Under the pieces are notes generated by a model. It searched no databases, was not told the DNA's origin, and saw only the letters and a list, made by a program, of their open reading frames with translations. Position numbers and translations under genes: made by a program. A stretch of DNA of 61,264 nt, counting the filler, from Asterionella formosa (lineage: Eukaryota), in NCBI GenBank assembly GCA_002256025.1. It is 17 parts of 17 records of this genome, joined end to end, with 100 filler letters (N's around TTAATTAATTAA, not from the genome) between each part and the next. Parts side by side here need not be neighbours in the genome. Positions count along the whole stretch, not along the records: positions 54,166 to 57,665 come from NKIB01014100.1; positions 57,766 to 61,264 come from NKIB01014101.1; 15 more parts are not named here. One strand, 5' to 3'. The first letter of the stretch is position 1. Every line of letters begins with the position of its first letter. Of the stretch, positions 56,353 through 61,264 are shown in pieces.

Positions 56353-58741
56353 AGATATGCTATTACTCAAACTCGGTTCTGATTTTGAATATGATAATGT
56401 AAATAGCACTGTTGGTTTTATGGTATCATATCTAGACAGCTTAAAATATTATATGCAGTGGCTGATGATTCATTTCATTGTAGCTTGCATCACCTGATTT
56501 TAAGATCATCGAAATTTAAGGAAGACAACGACAACATTTATCTAGTAGTACAAGCAATGTCTTCAAAAAACCAGAAAGAGGTTCATGGAAACAAGTGACA
56601 TGTGGCAAATACTGCCAGTATGGAACAAAGAAGCAAGTACCAAAATGAGTTAACAAAGAAAAAGCGAAGAGGCGACTATCCAAAGCAACCCAATCGGCGA
56701 CAAGGAGTTAGTGGGGGTACTACCCCATTGTCGATGGGGACACCATCAGCTACTAGTACAAGGGCTCCCGTAATTGATACTGAAAGCGATGATGACATTT
56801 CTTTTTCAGTTGTTGATACAAGAAAAATGGCTCCTGTCGATGATGACATTAATAACTCCCGGATGCAGATGGACGACATGGTACCATACTATTATAAATT
56901 TTCTAATTGCACGGACCAACAAGTACATGACAAACTGAGGGGAAAACATTTTGCACTTACCAAAAGGATATTATCAATTGGTCAATGAACTCAATCACTA
57001 CAAAGGTCGTAATTCGGTTCAAAACTCGTCCATACAAGGATATCAAGAATATTTGATTTCAGCAGCCTTGTCAGAATGTCATTCTCGCTTAGCTAAAATT
57101 GAACCATCAATTGTCACAAAGGTTGTGAGTTTTATTTTCAAGACCAAGAAGTTTTGCTGTGAACATGTAAGTTTGAGGTTATAGTTCGCGAATTGCAGGG
57201 ACTGTAAAACAGAATATCAATCAAATGTGCTTTTCTCTGGTCCCAAAAAAGAATCAAAGATCCCGCCCTGCCTATCTGGTCCAAGTAGTATGAAAGGCAT
57301 TTCCAATCACAAACAGGATTGGTTTGCCCAATGTTGATGCTTAGTAGTTACATAACAAATATAGTTAGTGTGAGACTTCTACAATGCACAAACCATATCA
57401 TAGTTGTTAGGAAAACATTGATGTTACTCTATACTAGTAGTAGTGGCGCCTGTACTGTATGTAGCGGTATATCTCAATTTTTACTACTATGGTGGAGTGA
57501 TAATTTCACGACTCTGTATTGTCCAGCACAGCATGATCGGAGTGATGCTAAATTTATTATTATTACCGGTAATTCATTTTCATTCTATCCTGTTCATATC
57601 CTGACGTTGTCATCGGTCTCATTTGAAATTTGCAATGTCTTTGCGGACATTGCAATGATGAGATTNNNNNNNNNNNNNNNNNNNNNNNNNNNNNNNNNNN
57701 NNNNNNNNNTTAATTAATTAANNNNNNNNNNNNNNNNNNNNNNNNNNNNNNNNNNNNNNNNNNNNCTGTGGGGGGCATAGCAATGATAACAGCACCATGG
57801 ATAATTTTGAAACGTAGCAAGGAGAAATGGGAGGCGGCAACGAATCAGCTCAATGATGCATTTTGGGCATGGGCTGAACCTGAAGTGTTTGTTGCAGCTA
57901 TTGAGAGTTGGAGTGGCTTGCAAACTTCATAGAGGATTGGTGCTATCCAGCAGGGGCGACAACAAACCATGGTTTGCCAGTGGAGACTTAGAAGTAGACA
58001 TATCTAGCAATTTCATAATTAATTGTGCTTGAGCAAGACTTTGTATCAGAGTTATCTCATGTCAACCAAGACCCAATAATCACTATTTTCACCAATTTTG
58101 TTTCAACTGCTGCATGAAAGCAAATTTGTCACCTTCAGCTATAAGTTCTATTGAAATGTTTCACAAATGACATATACATACACTGGGATTCTCTATTGAA
58201 AGTAAGTACTAGTACATAAATTCTTTATTGACTAGCCTCTAAGGGATACATTAAATAGGGCTTATATTGTATACCAGTAATTGTATTAATGTCAATTGCA
58301 AGGTCGATGAGCAAACCAAGGGCTAAATAAGTCCTTGCAGCCCTGTACCCTACAATTGACCCAAAGTAGGTGATTGAAATTAGTGTGGTGTAATTAGTTA
58401 GGAGATTAACGATATGTGTATCGATATTTGCTCATGGTTAATGGGAATCACTGGGGACTCACAAAGGTCACAAGATTAGGTGGCAAGAGTACTGGTAGGA
58501 GCTTCTTGGACTTTAGGTCCGTGATCTGTAGGTGTACTCTATATTTAGTACTAGAATTTAGCCTAACATTGCTACGTCTACTCTAGAAGTACATGTGTAT
58601 CAATAGTTATGACATAGTCATAATTCTTGGTTAATTGGCTCAATGAGCAGTGAATTAGTGGCTATAGCTGAAAGTTCTGATGCCGATATTTCCATTTCGA
58701 CAAAAAATTAAGGCGATACAGCTGATGAGGACAAATAAGCT

Positions 58742-58968
58742 ATTGTTGAAAAGAGGAATCCTTTTGCTGGTCCAGCCAACATTAATGATATTGGTATTGT
58801 TGAAACGAGGAAACCTTTTGCTGGTGGTCCAGTCGACATTGATGAGATAGTAGGTATTGTTGAAATGAGGAACCCTTTTTCTGGTGGTTCAGTCGAAATT
58901 TGATGAGATTGTGTTGTTGAAAAGAGGAAATCTTAAGCTTGTGATCCAGTTGACATTGATGAGTTCAT
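58742..58968 (+). repeat. 54-60-bp tandem repeat, 4 units, probably a relic coding repeat
   Basis: ATTGTTGAAA.GAGGAA.CCTTTT.CTGGT...CAGTCGACATTGATGAG; translates as IVE.R.PFAG(G)PVDIDEI. Confidence 0.8.
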
Positions 58969-61264
58969 CAACCCGCTCATAGGAATAGATGGCTTTGTTC
59001 TGTGTGAAAGTGGGCTGGGATCGATTCATATAAAGGCAGTTGACATAAAAAACACATATCTGTCAAAATCCTTCAAAACATTTGCATGAGATTTTTAGTC
59101 TCAGGGAAGAGGAATGGCAAGAAGGACTTTTCTATTTTGTGTTAGAAACTTTGTTCTTTCACACAATCAAGGGGCGAAATAATACAGATAAGAGAAAAAA
59201 GCTGAACCCAATTGAGATCTGTATCGTTATGTAGTGTTAATGATCTGGTTGCTGCAACCAACCATGGATATCGCTTTAGCCTGACAGAAGTAGCAATAGT
59301 ACGTCCGCCCATAGGCAGTCATTCCTCCCACCAAACAACCCTGATCATTCCATTCCATTCTGGTGGTGAGCAAGTTTGATTGCCAGGCTGCTCCAGCACT
59401 ATCGACTCCCCCTAGCTGAATATTGATACATAGCCTGTGATACAAACTCTGAGTAGAAAGGTAGCAAGCGCGTTAGTACAAGAAAAGCATTCCTTGGCGG
59501 CAATATTGACATCATGGTCAACGACTAGCTATACAAATCAACAAATAAGATCAGCAACAATACATCTTCAAAGAGTAGACATTGATACATACATCAGCCC
59601 TTGTGTAGATAAGCGATTAAAACGGACCATTGACACAATCAAATCGCAAATTCGACTAATAGTAGTATCTGCATTACACATTCAGTGTTTCACTGTTATA
59701 CTCACCAATCCACTATAACTAGCATAACAAGCAGCAGATGATTTTGGGTACCACATCTGTATGTAGGCTTGATGACTACTAGAATACCGCCACTTAAGCA
59801 TCACATATGTGACCGGATCAAAAACTTGCTGCCAACAGCAGATATATTGATTTTTCCGAAGCAATGTGGACAATGAAAATACATGAATCCCACAAGAAGA
59901 CAAGCAATCCAACAACCAACTGCATCTATTTGACAATGAGGGAATCGCTACTGGCGTCTTCAATGAAATCATTGCGCTTCAGTTGGGCATGATGGACAAT
60001 GATCGGCATGGTGAAAGGTGGATTGCCGGAGTAACTTTTCAGAAACGAGGTGAATACTAGATATGCTTTCAGTAAAGTCTGTAGAGTAGATATATTGGTT
60101 TCCTCAAGTAGACCCCATGCCGATTTCGGCAATCCCAGGGCTGGAAAGCCTAGTGGCAATTGGCGTAAATTGTATCATTGCCTATGAAATATTGAAAATA
60201 TATAGAAATGATGGGCAATATCTGACCCTTTGCAAATTTCGATGTGAAGATAGGAAATCTACAAAATATATTTTATATGATGGGCCATGATAGCAAGAAG
60301 CCTTCAGCATCATGATTGGCTGATTGTCAATACACATTGTTTATATATATATATGACATATAAATACCTTGTAGGTGAGACGTAAGGCTAAAGCAAACAA
60401 GGCAATGTGTGCAGATGAGCACATTCCTAAGTAAAAGCTGACAATTAGCCCTGCATTACATGCATCTAAGTCCTGCAAGGAAGTGGTTGTGATGGTTGAA
60501 GGACTAGAGAAATGGCAGGAGAGGGTATTACAAATATGGATTCAGCTTGGTTTAGATATCTCATTGTTTTGTGGATTCAATTCGAATTGGCCATGTGAAG
60601 GCTTCTATGCCATTCAGGCCAATTTTTTACAATCCCACCCACCCAGTCAGTCAGAACAGTGCGAACTACTATATTTGAGTCCTCCGAGTCATTCCCGATT
60701 CGGGATACCGTACTTGGAACACAAATACCGTAGTCTGTCACACTTCGTAACTTAGCTACACTTATTACCAAACTCTACGAGTATATTATTCAACGTACTA
60801 AGAGTAGCACTCAACATTACCATGCTACAGGGGTACCGGTATGCATGTCTGACCACATTCACGCAGTTAATGATGACTGAGGCAGGACCAAGGAATCCTA
60901 ATTTCAGGTACTTTTTTATGCATGACATCCAAATGCCATGTAAGAAGTACGTATACATACAAACGGAGGTTCCGGGAGAAGGAGGTAATACCGGTAATGC
61001 ATATTTAGCTCTGCCTTGTTCATAAACATATCGCTGTGCGCCATAAAGTACTATGTACCTGTATGGATAAATATAGTCAGTGTATAATAGTCATTGCTTA
61101 CTAGATATGATGGGTACGCGACAAACAAGGCATCATTGAAGAACTGAGACCAGAGATGATCAAGCAAAGGTCTATTGATAGATCATTATTCCTGTAGGCC
61201 CTCAGTGGTGCAACTGCAATGAAGTACACTGACAATGGTCAGCCTCATAGATCCACGGATGTCC

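Noticed and set aside
3523..57765. Regularly spaced TTAATTAATTAA motif every ~3.6 kb
   Set aside because: It is always embedded in 44+44 N, so it is an artificial linker. ORFs ending in ...XXXLIN or XXXN are artefacts of it.

Overview
This window is not one locus. It is 17 unrelated contigs of about 3.5 kb, roughly sorted by size and joined by 16 artificial 100-nt linkers (44 N + TTAATTAATTAA + 44 N), so nothing can be inferred from adjacency across a linker. Sixteen contigs look eukaryotic, most likely a diatom or other stramenopile: they carry 79-nt GT-AG introns, CoDi-like Copia, Ambal-like LINE, Gypsy, Crypton-like, Kolobok-like and PIF/Harbinger-type relics, and TTAGGG-type motifs. Host genes include a cytoplasmic LRR + IRAK/Pelle-type kinase, a secreted/ER DnaJ, an ARM-repeat protein, an MSS51-C-like protein, a divergent Fe-ADH-like protein, a peroxisomal-type nucleotide carrier, MTHFR, a PAM2/U-box-like/R3H protein and a CBM1-like Cys-rich protein. 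There are also several pseudogenes (trypsin, TMEM163-like, HECT). One contig (21709-25223) is a GC-rich Pseudomonas-type lysA-dapF-DUF484-xerC fragment, probably contamination or an associated bacterium. I found no convincing novel multi-gene system. The best leads are the immune-receptor-like LRR-kinase with face-restricted repeat variation, the PAM2/U-box-like/R3H protein, an in-frame gag-UGA-protease readthrough junction, a GGGCGCGC-ended element carrying DUF6818, a conserved dispersed hairpin, a possible tRNA-derived SINE and two unexplained structured GC-rich segments. All family calls come from motif recognition by eye, not from database searches.
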